From positions 78,940 through 142,939 of the forward strand of contig CAWDGW010000012.1 in NCBI GenBank assembly GCA_963801995.1: DNA of 64,000 bases, read 5' to 3'. Position numbers and translations under genes: made by a program. Below are positions 1 to 11,105 of the stretch, in pieces (position 1 is the first letter of the stretch; the number at the start of each line of letters is the position of its first letter). This DNA comes from an uncultured Holophagae bacterium (GTDB lineage Bacteria; Acidobacteriota; Thermoanaerobaculia; Thermoanaerobaculales; Sulfomarinibacteraceae). The notes below the pieces were generated by a model. That model was not told the origin of the DNA, ran no database searches, and was given only the letters and a program-made list of their open reading frames with translations.

Positions 1-496
1 ACGCTGCAGATTGCTGTGTTGTCTGGGTTCCAACACTGGCACCGGCACCAGGCCACGATCACTTCAAAAACCCAGAACCGTAGTGCCCACTCAAGACAGC
101 ACGCTAGATCCAAGGTCATCGAGGTTTCGCGCCGCGATGTCCACCTGGCCGGCGGCATCAATCTTGCTTTCCTTATTTCGGCGGGCGGTGGCGGTTATTC
201 CACTGCCGGCCGGGAACCAACATCGGAGGAAAAGGGGCCATGGCAACACAAGTTCGGATGCCGTGGTTGGGGTTCCGCGACGAGTTCGCACGGCGCGGTG
301 GCAAAGCGATGGTTCACCAGTCGATGGTCCAAGAATCGCGGCCACGTATTGATCCCCCACAAACCTCGCACATTGCTCATCCACGGCAGCCACCACTCCA
401 GCAATCTGCAGCGCGGCGTCTGGGGACGCGGTCTGCGCCTCGAGGTTTAACCACTGTCAAAAGGGCCTTCGTCGGAGTCCGGACTCGAACGGGCCC

Positions 497-512
497 TGGC
501 AAGGTCGTTGCA
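497..512 (+). promoter_or_regulatory. putative sigma-54 (-24/-12) promoter
   Basis: TGGCAAGGTCGTTGCA fits TGGCAC-N5-TTGCA with GG-N10-GC spacing; 46 bp upstream of the Mrp-like ATG. Confidence 0.6.
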
Positions 513-558
513 CTGCTTTGCTGAGAGAGGGTGGCGGGGTCAAGGAGGCTCGAGACGC

Positions 559-822
559 ATGGAAAAGGGACACGGCAAGGCACCGCCAGTCAAGGACCAG
601 TCTGAGAAGGAGCTTGCGGATCGGCTCCTGCGAGACCGCATGAAACAGATCGACCATAAGCTCCTGGTGCTCTCCGGGAAAGGTGGTGTTGGGAAGAGCA
701 CGGTGGCCACCAACCCGACAGCGAGAGCCTTCGCCAAGGTCATCGAAGCGATTTTGGCCGCCGATACCCAAACCGAAACCCTCGCCCCAGACAATCGATC
801 CACAGAGAGGCAAGCCATATGA
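559..822 (+). pseudogene. internally deleted Mrp/NBP35 (ApbC) ATPase
   Basis: AGGAGG RBS; N-terminal KLLVLSGKGGVGKSTVATN P-loop joined directly to a C-terminal-like PTARAFAKVIEAIL; only 87 aa. Confidence 0.75.
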
Positions 823-1232
823 AAATCGCCATCCCCGTCGCAGATGGTCGCCTGACGCCTCACTTCGGCCGCTGCAAAGAAATCGTCATCGTTGAAGCGG
901 ACTTTGCAGAACGGCGGATTGTCGGTGTGCAAAACCTGAAACCGCCCACACACGCGCCCGGCGCGCTGCCCCGCTGGCTGGCCAATCATGGGGCGAACGT
1001 GATCATCGCTGGTGGGATGGGCCAGCAGGCCAGGGAGATATTCACCAAGAATGGGATCTACGTCGTCGTGGGGGTACCCTCCGAAACGCCGGAGACGCTG
1101 GTTGCCGAATATCTCGACGGGATCCTGGCAAGCGGCGAGAACAACTGTGATCACGACAGCAGTGAGCCGAGCAGCGGCCAGTCCGGTCGCCAACATCGCT
1201 CGGCAAACCACCGAGGCCCAACATTGTGGTGA
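819..1232 (+). CDS. NifB/NifX family Fe-Mo cofactor-binding protein
   Basis: MKIAIP...PHFGRC...VIIAGGMG motifs; ATGA overlap with upstream ORF. Confidence 0.9.
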   Translation: MKIAIPVADGRLTPHFGRCKEIVIVEADFAERRIVGVQNLKPPTHAPGALPRWLANHGANVIIAGGMGQQAREIFTKNGIYVVVGVPSETPETLVAEYLDGILASGENNCDHDSSEPSSGQSGRQHRSANHRGPTLW

Positions 1233-1242
1233 GGAGGACAAC

Positions 1243-2493
1243 ATGAGTTCAGAAGCGGGGCACTACGCGGCCCAACCAATCCTCTCGGCGGCTTGGCGGG
1301 CCATGCCGCCCGCAATGCGAAACACGGTGACCTCGGCCCCGGTGATTCCTCAGATTGCGGCCAAGGCCAAGGTCGCCGCAGCAGCGAATCCTGGATTCAT
1401 CCGTGGCGACCAGGGCCAGGTGGTCGATGTCATGCCGGGCCAGGAGGTGTACTACGGCCCATCCTCGGGCCTGCCGGAACTCCGTCGTCTGGTAGGCCGG
1501 TTCTGGACGCTGGCGTACGGACTCCAGGGCTGCGAGGGCCTATCCAATAACGGTCTCGGTTCCGAGCACGTGGCCATCGTATCCGGGGCCACGGAAGGCA
1601 TCGCCATCGTCATGCGGTTGCTGGCGCCCGGCCGAACCGTCGGGGTCCAGAGGTACTTCTGGGGCAACTACCGCAACATCATCGCCCATGCCGGCGGCGA
1701 GGTCGAGGTACTGGATTTCTTTGCGGACGACGGGAGCTTCGACCGAGCCGGCCTCGCCTCGGCCATTCAGTCGTCAGACATCCGCACCCTTCTCGTGAAT
1801 TTCCCGGCCAACCCCACCGGTGACCTGCTTTCCGATGACGAGCTGGCGGCGCTCGCAGATCTCGCCAGGGACCTCGATCTGACCTTGATTTCGGACGAGG
1901 TCTACAACTGGATCCGGTATGACGACGCGCCGCGGACCCTGCTGACCTTCGCGCCCGAGCGGACCGTTGTCGTCGGCGCCGCATCCAAGGAGTACCTGAT
2001 CCCGGGTGCTCGGACCGGCTACGTGCTGAGCGCTGACGCCATTTTCAGCGGTGAATGGATGCCCCGCCTGATCCGATCCACGTCGTCGTCGCCCAATGTC
2101 CTCGGCCAACGCCTGGCAATCGAGATGCTGGAGGCCGACGTCGCGGATCTCGAGGCCGGACGGACTCCGGCCATCCTCGGCGCCATCAAGGAGGAGCTGC
2201 GGCGTCGCCGAGACGCCATGGTCGAAATGCTCCTATCTTTGGGTTTCGAGGTCGTGTCGCGCCACGGCGGCGTACCCCAGGGGGGAATCTCGCTGCTCGC
2301 GCGACTTCCAGAGGGCGTCGAGGACGACCTGGCCATCATCGATACCGCCATCAATATGGGGAGGTTCAGCGCCATTCCGGGAAGTGCGTTTGGTGCGCCG
2401 GGCTGTATCCGCTTCGGCTATGCGGGGATCCCGCTCGAGGGCATCGATCGGTTGGCGAAGGCGATTCCCGAAGTCCTGATCGCCGTGCGGTGA
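1243..2493 (+). CDS. PLP-dependent class I/II aminotransferase
   Basis: NFPANPTG, ISDEVY, SKEYLIPGARTG motifs; GAGGAGG RBS before ATG at 1243. Confidence 0.9.
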   Translation: MSSEAGHYAAQPILSAAWRAMPPAMRNTVTSAPVIPQIAAKAKVAAAANPGFIRGDQGQVVDVMPGQEVYYGPSSGLPELRRLVGRFWTLAYGLQGCEGLSNNGLGSEHVAIVSGATEGIAIVMRLLAPGRTVGVQRYFWGNYRNIIAHAGGEVEVLDFFADDGSFDRAGLASAIQSSDIRTLLVNFPANPTGDLLSDDELAALADLARDLDLTLISDEVYNWIRYDDAPRTLLTFAPERTVVVGAASKEYLIPGARTGYVLSADAIFSGEWMPRLIRSTSSSPNVLGQRLAIEMLEADVADLEAGRTPAILGAIKEELRRRRDAMVEMLLSLGFEVVSRHGGVPQGGISLLARLPEGVEDDLAIIDTAINMGRFSAIPGSAFGAPGCIRFGYAGIPLEGIDRLAKAIPEVLIAVR

Positions 2494-2592
2494 CTGTTCG
2501 TGGGGCGTCGCCCCCGGACCGACCAGGAGCCGAATCCGCCGAACTGCTGTTCTGATCTGCTCCGGGGAAACAACCTTCATCCAGGTTGTGGA

Positions 2593-4749
2593 TCACTCGG
2601 CCTGAAATCCAAGCGGAAGCTTCTTGAATCGGCCGCCGTAGACGATCGGGTCGCCCTCGTAACCGAGCTTCTTGAAGTCGAGGTAGTCGGTCCCTCCGAC
2701 GAGCCCCCCACATCGCGGCCCTGCCTCAGCAGGTGCTTGAAGTCCATGCCCTTTTCGGACAGGGCCCTGAAGTCCGTACTGCGGTTGCCCTGATGACAGC
2801 GGTCGCAGGTACGCTCGCCCTTGAGGCTGGGGTGGCAATGGGCGCACGAAAGCGCGAACTCCTTGGGCATGACCTCGTGCTCGATGCGCCAGTACATGTC
2901 CGTCCGGACCCAGATGTACTCGCCGCTGTAGGGTAGTTCGGCCTTCTTCATGCCCTCGGCGAAAGCCTTCTGCCAGTCCCTGACCTTCCAGTAGGCGGTC
3001 TGGTCGTGCTCGTCGTAGGGAAAGAGGTGCGGCACCAGCAGATAGCGGTGCTCGGCGTCGGCCGGCTGGATGCCGCCCATCACCTTGAACGGCGTGATCT
3101 TCGAGTTGGGGTCCATGATCGATCCCACGGGCTCGGTGATGTGGGTGACCACGAGCGCCATCTTTCCCTGCAGGCTCAGCGACTCGCCAGGCTTGAAGCC
3201 CTTGGCCTCGGGGTTGATCGTGTCGCCGAGGAGCAGCCGCCTCGTGTAGCCGTTGAACCAGGCATACTCGGGCTTGGCCGACTCGCGCCGCCTGAACGAA
3301 CCTTTCTTCCACTCGTAGTCCGGCTTGCCGTACTTGTCGTTCTTGATCAGGCGCTCGGTGTCGCCCGCCGTGGACCAGTCCCACCAGACCTTGGTGGGAG
3401 CGCACTTGGCGTACACCGGCGAGTGGCAGGTGTTGCAGGCGATGGTCGCGCAGTGCTTGTTCAGATGATGGTCGAGCAGCGTGTCTCCGTAGTGGGGCTC
3501 GGCGGTGTGGCAGTCCTCGCAGGCGTGCGAGCCTTCGGTGACGCACACGGAGGTGCTGCGGCCGGCGATCTTGTGGTTTCGAGTCTCGTGGCACTCGGTG
3601 CACCGGAAGTCGTAGCCGCCCATGTGCACGTCGCAGTCACGGTCCGGCCAGTTGAGGGTCTCGGACATGTCCCCGTGCTTGACGGCGTCCCCACCGCCGC
3701 CGCTGAAGTGGCAGTCGCCGCAGCGTCTGACGGCTGGTTCGGCCGACGTGTTTGGCCACGTAGACCAGGTCGACCTCGGGCGCGGGCATGCCCGCCCCTG
3801 TCGGGGCCTTCATGTAGCTGCCGGTGGTGTCGTGGCACACCAGACAGTCGACTCTCGTTTGGTCCGTGAAGTCGAACGTGGCGTCCTTCCATCCGTATCC
3901 CGCATGACATGATGTGCAACGAGCCTCGTTGCTGATGGGGGAGATTCAATAGTTGTTGAGCGCCGTGGTGCTCTTGCCGCACCCGACGCTGCTTCTGTGC
4001 TCCACGGTATAGCGGGACGGCCCCTGCCATAGCCAGTGCGCGCTGGCGACCATGTCACTGCCCGCATCGTCGTGGCAGCGCAGGCACTCCTGCGTCACCT
4101 GCATGGGCGTGGGATCTGGTGGCAGATTCACCAGCCTCTCATGGTCGGGCACATTCTTCGTGTGGCACCCCTCGCACGCGACCGGGCCCATCTCCATGTC
4201 TTCGTGGCAGCCCATGCACTGCATGTGGTAGGCCGCCTTGAGGCCGATCCTCCCTTGGCGCTCGGGATTGAAGGCGTCCTGATGACAGGCCTTACAGGCC
4301 ACCGTCTCGGAGGCGTTCGCGTCCGCCGGCCGGTAGTGGTGGCAGGCCGCGCAGTCGCCGCCCAGGGCCGCGGCGTGCCGCGAGTGCATGAATCGCACCG
4401 GGCCATACGTGTCCCCGAAGGTGTTCACAAAAGGGCTTTCGAGCCACAGATAACTGTGCTCGATGTCCGCGGTTCCCAGTCCGATTCGGCGCAGGCGCTG
4501 CTGTCTGAGGAGAAGATCCTCCATCAGGACATCCTCGACAAAGGCCGGCGTCCGGCGGGAAAACTCGACCGCGGCTGCCTGTTCTGGAGCAACCCATCCT
4601 TCGGGTTTGGGGTGCTTGTTCGTGCGGACTTTGTCAACCGGCATGGCGTTCGCTTTGGAGACCGTGGCCGGCAACGTGTGAATCACCACGACCGCCAGTG
4701 CGAACACGGCGACGGCGGTTGCCAGGCCGTAAATGTAATGTCTTTTCAT
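2593..4749 (-). CDS. multiheme cytochrome: tetraheme c3-like domain fused to octaheme tetrathionate reductase (Otr) family domain (several frameshifts)
   Basis: 13 CxxCH motifs across frames; Otr-like HWLWQG, NNxC, GGGGDAVKHGD, NHKIAG, HEVMPKE segments; N-terminal hydrophobic signal. Confidence 0.85.
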
Positions 4750-4754
4750 TCTCT

Positions 4755-5912
4755 TCAAACCTCCTGCTCCTGCGCGGCGAGCACCGGGAAAAACGTCACG
4801 AATACCCGGTACAGGAAGAAGATGGTCGACACGGCGCCGGCGGTAACCAGCAGCTCGCCCACCGCCGGGTAGTACGGCGTCTCGGCGTAGGGCGGCGTGA
4901 ACGAGACCACGAACGCGTTGATCCGGTTGAGGAGGACGCCGAGCACGATCATCAGCGAGGCCACGAACAACCCCCGGCGTGACCGGCGCACCGCGCCGGA
5001 CAGCAGCATGAACCAGGGGACCACCACACCGAAGCCGACCTCGACCAGGAAGGACATGCTCTGGCCGGAGCCGTCGAGCAGCGTCGTGTAGGCGCCGCGG
5101 TACGATCAGGTCGCCCAGCTTGAGCACCATGTACAGGCCCAGGAGGAAGACGGTGATCCGCGACAGCGGGGTCAGGATCTCCATCTCGGATTCCAGCTTC
5201 AGGGACGAGGTGGCAATGGTCGTCTCCACGACCACCATGGGATAGCCCACCGCCATGGCCGAGGTCAAGAACAGCAGGGGCAGAGCGGCGTGTACCACAG
5301 GGGCGAAACCTTGGTCGGCGCCATTACCAGAAGCGTGCCCAGGCTCGATTGGTGCATGCAGGACAACACCACGCCCAGGACGAGAAAAACCCACATGGTT
5401 TTGTTCAGGGTGCGGTTCAGGAAGGCCAGCAGCGCGATCCTGTCCCCGAATCGTTCGGCGGCCACCGGGATGAACTCGATCCACAACACGCTGACGTAGA
5501 CCAGCACGCACATTCCCACCTCGAACAGAGGCGAGGTGTGGTTCTGGAACACCAGGAATTTCCAAATCGCCCACGACCGGCCGATGTCCACGAACACGCC
5601 GAAGGCCACGAAGGTGTAGCCCACGGCTGCGGTCACCAGCGCTGGCCGGATGATCGCCCGGTAGCGGTGCCGGTGGAGAATGTGGGCCAAGAAGGCCGTG
5701 GTGAATCCCCCGGCGGCAAGGGCGACTCCCGAGGCCACGTCGATGGCGATCCAGATACCCCAGGGATAGGCATTGCTGAGGTTGGTGACGTACCCCAGCC
5801 CACCCGTATAGCGGGCGATGAGGGCCAGGCCGCCCGCGATCATGAACGCGAGCATGACCAGCACGCCCGGCGTCCAGAACGGCGTGCGCACAGGGTGTGG
5901 TCTATGTTTCAC
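4755..5912 (-). CDS. NrfD/PsrC family membrane subunit (HybB/HmcC-like), frameshifted
   Basis: YPWGIWI, DIGRSW, HQSSLG, LNRINAF motifs spread over three frames. Confidence 0.85.
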
Positions 5913-6810
5913 GGCCCCGGTCCTTGCCGTTGGCGCGTGAGGTGGCGGCCATCACCGCCCCAAGGGCCCCAAAGAGTACGATCGGGGACCACAGATAGCT
6001 GAATAGCCCACGCTGAATGGTCTCGGCGGTCTGCGGGACCGGCCGGGCGGGGAGGTTTTGGAACGCGATCCGCTCGAAGGGCACGCCGGAAATGTAGAGC
6101 CAGCAGGTGCCGCCCACCTCCGTCTCACCGTAGATGCGGTTCACGTACCTGGCCGGGTCCTTGTCGATCCGCTGCCGGCCCAATTCGAGCAGGTCGTTCC
6201 GCCTGCCGAAGGTGATCGCCTCTTCGGGGCAGATCGAGGCACAGGCGGGCTGCAGGCCCTCATTGACCAGGCGATCGAAACAAAAGCTGCACTTGCGCAC
6301 CCGGGGGGTCACCGGATCGTTGTACTCGTAGGCAGGAATCTGAAACGGGCAGGCCAGCATGCAGTACCGACATCCAATGCACTTGGAAACGTCGTAGGTG
6401 ACCGCGCCGTTCGCCTCCTTTGTGAGGGCGCCCGTGACGCAGGCCGACGCACACGCCGGGTCCTGGCAATGCATACATTGGATCTTCACGTATGTCGGCA
6501 CCGGCCTGCCGCGTTCGTCGAGCTCTCCCGGGTAGTAACGATTGACCACGGTGAAGGCGTCGTAATCGGGTCGCCGCTTGGCGTCGAACACGGTCAGGTC
6601 TTCGAACCCCGTATCCGGAGCGGGAAGGGCATTAACTTGGTTGCAGGCCTCTTCGCACTTCCGGCAGCCCACACAACGGGTCAGATCCACCAGGCAACCG
6701 TAGGGATCGGGCGGCGCCTCGGATTGCCACGCGCCGACGGTTTCGTGTGTCGATGTGGACAGGGTGACCGCGGCCGTGGCTGCCAACAGTTTTCGTCGCG
6801 AAAGTTCCAT
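5902..6810 (-). CDS. 4Fe-4S dicluster protein, HybA/HmcB-like, Tat-exported
   Basis: SRRKLL Tat motif; [28 protein letters not shown]; C-terminal TM helix. Confidence 0.9.
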   Translation of the reverse strand: MELSRRKLLAATAAVTLSTSTHETVGAWQSEAPPDPYGCLVDLTRCVGCRKCEEACNQVNALPAPDTGFEDLTVFDAKRRPDYDAFTVVNRYYPGELDERGRPVPTYVKIQCMHCQDPACASACVTGALTKEANGAVTYDVSKCIGCRYCMLACPFQIPAYEYNDPVTPRVRKCSFCFDRLVNEGLQPACASICPEEAITFGRRNDLLELGRQRIDKDPARYVNRIYGETEVGGTCWLYISGVPFERIAFQNLPARPVPQTAETIQRGLFSYLWSPIVLFGALGAVMAATSRANGKDRGRET

Positions 6811-6925
6811 GCCGTGTTCGCTCCTCTCCGCAGCCTCGCCACTGCCACCAGACGTCCACGATCTGGGGAGGCGATCGCTGCCGAACCGATCGCCCCTGCG
6901 TCAAAAACGGGCCTTGAGGCTCCCG

Positions 6926-7357
6926 TCACCTGACGATGAGGACCGAGCACGGAGCTCTATGTGTCAGGGCGCTCGAGACGCTGCCCAGATAGATTTCCTT
7001 CTCCGGTGAGCAACCCCGAGTCCCGGCCACGACAAGATCCACGCGGAGGTTCATAGCGAACTCGACGATTTCCCGTGCCGGGTTGCCAAGTAACACAACC
7101 TCCCTGACCCGACTCCGGGTGTCGGCGAAGACCTTCAAGGTCTCGGCCAGAATGGGTCTCGCTACCCGGACGACGCGTTCGTCGTCGGCATGGGCGGGCA
7201 GGGAGACCACACCCTCGTAACACTCCCGGTCGGAAGGGAGAGGAAAAACGTAGATGATAAAGATTTCATCGTCCGGTCCAATACGTGACTGCTCATGGAC
7301 GAAACGCGCGGCCTTGAGACTGGGTTCTGAGCCATCGGTCGCAACGACATACCTCAT
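6926..7357 (-). CDS. universal stress protein
   Basis: VVATDGS...GNPAREI...GTRG...LGSVS...APCSVLIVR. Confidence 0.9.
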   Translation of the reverse strand: MRYVVATDGSEPSLKAARFVHEQSRIGPDDEIFIIYVFPLPSDRECYEGVVSLPAHADDERVVRVARPILAETLKVFADTRSRVREVVLLGNPAREIVEFAMNLRVDLVVAGTRGCSPEKEIYLGSVSSALTHRAPCSVLIVR

Positions 7358-7470
7358 AGGGTGCGTCCTCCAAACCTCCGGCCGGCGCATGCTCCGCACA
7401 GGGCTCTATCAGCTCGGTGTGCCTCGTACAGCCCTTGGTGGGATGCGGGCGTCACGCGTCCTCCATCAAC

Positions 7471-7818
7471 TCAATCGTGCCAGTCGTAGGCCGGCCAGAG
7501 TGACTCCGTCGGGTATCCCTTGTCCTTCCATTCCACGAGCGTACCCTTCACATATTCCACATTGGTGTAACCATGCGCGCTGAGCTGCTTCGCCGCTTCC
7601 TCTGCGCAATCCGTGGTCACACAGTAGGCGACGATATGCACGGACTTGGGGAACAAGGCCCCGAGCTGGCCGAGAAGTTGTTTCCTGGGAATGCAATACG
7701 TGCCCTTGATTGCATCCATCGAGCAAACTGAGACGTTGTCTGCAGCGTTGACCAAGACGAACGCATCCCCCCTGTCGACCCTCTCCTTCAGCTCCTCGAT
7801 TTCAATACCTGTGACCAT
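7471..7818 (-). CDS. rhodanese-like domain protein
   Basis: IVAYC, GYTNV..KGTLVEWK.KGYP pattern; GGAGGG RBS. Confidence 0.8.
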   Translation of the reverse strand: MVTGIEIEELKERVDRGDAFVLVNAADNVSVCSMDAIKGTYCIPRKQLLGQLGALFPKSVHIVAYCVTTDCAEEAAKQLSAHGYTNVEYVKGTLVEWKDKGYPTESLWPAYDWHD

Positions 7819-7908
7819 TTTTCCCTCCCTTCCTCCCTGTCTGTTTGTCAGCCCCGACGGTTCCGGGAGGACGATTCCTCCCGCCCAATCGCCTTTCCCT
7901 CGAGCTAA

Positions 7909-7924
7909 TCAATATCCGTGCCAA
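7909..7924 (-). promoter_or_regulatory. putative sigma-54 promoter for rhodanese-usp-hybA-nrfD-otr
   Basis: minus strand TTGGCACGGATATTGA (near consensus, TTGA at -12). Confidence 0.5.
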
Positions 7925-8412
7925 CCACACGCCTAGTAAAGATGCTCTTTAATCACAATATGTTGAGTGTCGATCCCTTGGGCCTGAATTCGTGATTCCT
8001 GCTGCACATCGCACTGATTGTCTTCCGAAACCCCGCAATTTGCATTCCCACCATGACGCAGAGCGACAACACACCGGTCGCCGCGGGGGAGGTCAGCACG
8101 GGCAAGGGTCGTTTGGCCCAAGCCATCCACCGCTCGACCACGCATGCCAGGCAAACCTCCATTTCGAAACCGACGACGCGGCACGGATCTTGCCTCAGAT
8201 CTTTGAGAGCTGACCAACCGGCCAGGACGTGAAATAACCATCTCGATCACTCGAAAAGGAGGATGACAGCATGGAAGAAGAAAGCACCGAATCCCGTTGC
8301 CCTCTGGCAAATTGCGAGAGGATTCTCGTGCCTGTGGACGGATCGACACACAGCTTCAAGGCAGTCGACCAGGCGATCAGCATGGCGAAAAGACGGCATT
8401 CGAGGCAACCGG

Positions 8413-9093
8413 GTGGTGGCAGTCCGTAACGGCTCGAACCCATTCCGGGATCCCCAACTCGTCGAGGATTATGAGGCGTGGTACCAAGGCCCCGGGCGCC
8501 GTGCAGATCGGCTCGAGATGGCCCTGTTGAAACGACTGCTGGACCGATTCGACGGCGCACAGACGCTGCTCGACGTTGGTTCGGGCACTGGTCATTTCGG
8601 TCGCCATTTTTCCCGTCTCGGTTTGCGGGACGTGGGTGTGGACATCTCGGCCCCGATGCTCCGAGAAGCAGCGCGCCTCGGGAGCCCGTCGTGCATCCTT
8701 GGAGACGCACTCCGCCTGCCGTTTGATGACCGCAGCTTCGACCTCGTGGCGATCGTCACCACGCTCGCGTTCGTGACCGATCCCGAGCAGGTCCTCAGAG
8801 ACGCCGTTCGGGTGAGCCGACGGGGACTCCTCGTCGGAGCCCTAAACCGCACGAGTCGTCTCGGCCGCCGGATACGGCTCGCCACCGGCGAACCTTGGAA
8901 GAACGCGAATCTGCTGACTGTCTCAGAGCTCCGCCGGCTTATCGCAGAAGTCTGTGCCGACCTTCGACCGTCGCTGCTTTGGTACACGACGATCTGGCCC
9001 GGCCTTTCGGGCGCGTATCGTGCCCCGTGGGGTGATTTCATCGGAATGGCGGTAGTTTGGGACGACACATCGAGCACAGAGCAGGGCCGATGA
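8413..9093 (+). CDS. class I SAM-dependent methyltransferase
   Basis: LLDVGSGTG, GVDIS, GDALRLPFDDRSFD; start uncertain. Confidence 0.88.
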   Translation: MVAVRNGSNPFRDPQLVEDYEAWYQGPGRRADRLEMALLKRLLDRFDGAQTLLDVGSGTGHFGRHFSRLGLRDVGVDISAPMLREAARLGSPSCILGDALRLPFDDRSFDLVAIVTTLAFVTDPEQVLRDAVRVSRRGLLVGALNRTSRLGRRIRLATGEPWKNANLLTVSELRRLIAEVCADLRPSLLWYTTIWPGLSGAYRAPWGDFIGMAVVWDDTSSTEQGR

Positions 9094-9404
9094 GTTCTCT
9101 TTCCGCCCAGATCAGCATCTATCCTCTTCGCCGTCAGTCGATCGGCGAGTCGATCGAACGCGCCCTCAGTGCCATCCGCGCCCACAACGTCAACGTGACC
9201 ACCGGTTTTATGAGCACTGTCATCGCTGGCGAGGAAAACGAGGTGTTCTCTGCCCTGCGCGACTGTTTTCGGGCCGCGTGCGCCGGCGGCAACGCGGTCA
9301 TGGTGGTGACCGTCTCGAACGCGTGCCCAGTCGGCGCGGCGGCTGATCAAGAAGCAGTCGGTCAGTCCGGGCAACCCGGCACCGCTGAGGCCCATGATGT
9401 GTGA
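9090..9404 (+). CDS. YkoF/thiamine-binding family protein
   Basis: AQISIYPLR...MSTVIAGE..EVF...VMVVTVSNACP. Confidence 0.75.
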   Translation: MSSLSAQISIYPLRRQSIGESIERALSAIRAHNVNVTTGFMSTVIAGEENEVFSALRDCFRAACAGGNAVMVVTVSNACPVGAAADQEAVGQSGQPGTAEAHDV

Positions 9405-9600
9405 GCTTTTCGCTATGTCCAGCCTGCTGCCGGCCGACGTCACCTACTCGTTGACTGAGTTCGCCCAACACGGTGGTCGAACTGGACCGCACCGCAACGG
9501 TTGGGGGATCGCCCACGCTGAGGACGGCGACGTGCGCCTGATCAAGGACACAGATGCGGCAGCCGACAGCCCGTCCGTCCGTTTCGTGGCCAATGGAATG
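9397..9600 (+). pseudogene. truncated class II glutamine amidotransferase (YafJ/EgtC-like)
   Basis: MCELFAMSS...HGG.TGPH..GWGIA N-terminus; similarity is lost after ~65 aa where more AT-rich sequence begins. Confidence 0.7.
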
Positions 9601-9796
9601 AGACGTTTCGATCGTGCATCGCGCCGAAGAATTGCGCATTCTGTCACTCTGTACCGGGAGAAGAGAACTTCATTGAAGGAGTTGGACAGCTGGTTTTGGA
9701 GCAAAGTCACCCAATTAATGCAGATCAACCCACCAATCGGTGCTTCGTTTTTGGGCATGGCCGGTGCGGGTCGTAATCCTTGGGCGCAGACAGCAC

Positions 9797-9813
9797 CGGG
9801 CATTGTTCTTGCT
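9797..9813 (+). promoter_or_regulatory. possible sigma-54 promoter
   Basis: CGGGCATTGTTCTTGCT, GG-N10-GC with TTGCT. Confidence 0.35.
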
Positions 9814-9946
9814 AGCTGTATATTTGAAAGTCCCAGGGTCGCGTCCCCCGCCGGGCAACCGCGCAACCCGACCCTTGGGTGCAGGGAGGAAAAGTGGTGA
9901 ATTGGAGGACAAAACAAACGACGGGCCGGGTGAGCACGGGCTTACG

Positions 9947-10165
9947 ATGATCCGACCTGAGGGGTTTGGCATGGGCCCGCGAGGATGTTGCGTCTGTCCC
10001 AGGTGTGGCGCCACCGTCGCCCACCGCCCCGGTGTTCCCTGCATGGAGGAGTGGTGCTCGATCTGCGGGACACCGATGGTTCGGCAGGGGAGTCCCCACC
10101 ACCGTGCTGCAGTGGAGGGGAAGAACCCACCTCGAACGATCGGAGAGGAGAAAATCTGGGAATGA
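9947..10165 (+). CDS. small Cys-rich metal-binding protein
   Basis: GPRGCCVCPRCG...HRPGVPC...CSICGTPM; start may be TTG 9902. Confidence 0.7.
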   Translation: MIRPEGFGMGPRGCCVCPRCGATVAHRPGVPCMEEWCSICGTPMVRQGSPHHRAAVEGKNPPRTIGEEKIWE

Positions 10166-10599
10166 AAAAGCTTGGCATTATCATCTGTGACCGGTGGCGT
10201 CGGTGCTCCGGGGGTAAGTGTCTTCTGGCGCTCAAAGAACGACAGGGCGCCTTCAGACGATACGAGGGTGAGGAGGTGGAGCTGGCGGGGTATACCACCT
10301 GTGACGGCTGCCCGGGCGGCAACGTCGAGTACGCACCGGCGGAGATGAAGAAAAACGGGGTCGAGGTGGTCCACCTCGCCACCGGTCTCCTGGTGGGCTA
10401 TCCGCCGTGTCCCTTCATCGACGACTTCCAGAAATTCATCGAGGAGAGGTACGACATGGACGTGGTGCTGGGGACCCACCCCATCCCACAAAACTACTAC
10501 GAGACGCACCAGGCGCTCGGAACATGGGAATCTCCGGAGTGGCAGGAGAGAATTCGGAGGACCCTGACCGACGAAACGGTGCGTAGGACTTACGATTGA
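10162..10599 (+). CDS. CGGC domain protein
   Basis: GIIIC..CSGGKC...TCDGCPG...HLATG...PCP...GTH. Confidence 0.85.
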   Translation: MKKLGIIICDRWRRCSGGKCLLALKERQGAFRRYEGEEVELAGYTTCDGCPGGNVEYAPAEMKKNGVEVVHLATGLLVGYPPCPFIDDFQKFIEERYDMDVVLGTHPIPQNYYETHQALGTWESPEWQERIRRTLTDETVRRTYD

Positions 10600-10605
10600 A
10601 GCTGG

Positions 10606-10845
10606 ATGAAGACGTACCTGGATTGCGTTCCATGCTTCCTGCGGCAGGCGCTCGACGCTGCCCGAATGACGACCGACGACGAGTTGTTGCAGGAGAAGGT
10701 ACTGCGGCTGGTGTCGCGCGAGTTGAGCGAGATGGACATGGGCCTCTCGCCACCTGCGATGGCCCAGAAAATCCATCGGCTCATCCGCCAACTGACCGAC
10801 AACCCAGACCCGTACCGCATGCGTGCCAGGTCCGGAGTTCCGTAG
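10606..10845 (+). pseudogene. truncated DUF89/ARMT1-like damage-control phosphatase
   Basis: MKTYLDCVPCFLRQAL...DPY N-terminus only (79 aa; family ~290 aa); cut off at hicA. Confidence 0.75.
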
Positions 10846-10862
10846 TTATGACCGGACCGGCG

Positions 10863-11105
10863 TCAACCAGCCTTTTCAAAGGCGTCGAGGAAGTCGCCTC
10901 TCGGGATTTGAGCCTGATTGCACATGGTGCGGAGGGTGGAGCCCTTGAGCTTCTTGTGGTTCGGCATGGTGAGGGGAGTGCGGGAACCGTCGGGATTCTC
11001 GCGCAACAGGGCGATGTGATTACCTTCGCGGACCACCTCAAAGCCCAGGGATTGGAGCGCCTTGATGACGCGCCGTTTGGGTGCGTCAACGGGAAACTTC
11101 GGCAT
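10863..11105 (-). CDS. hicA: HicA family toxin
   Basis: LGFEVVREGNHI...LTMPNH..LKGSTLR. Confidence 0.85.
   Translation of the reverse strand: MPKFPVDAPKRRVIKALQSLGFEVVREGNHIALLRENPDGSRTPLTMPNHKKLKGSTLRTMCNQAQIPRGDFLDAFEKAG

Noticed and set aside
1-450. ORFs 11-352, 16-450, 91-396
   Set aside because: No recognisable motif in any frame; left unannotated.
470-495. tRNA 3'-end duplication (att site) around GGACTCGAAC
   Set aside because: Match to tRNA-Asp is only ~9 bp.
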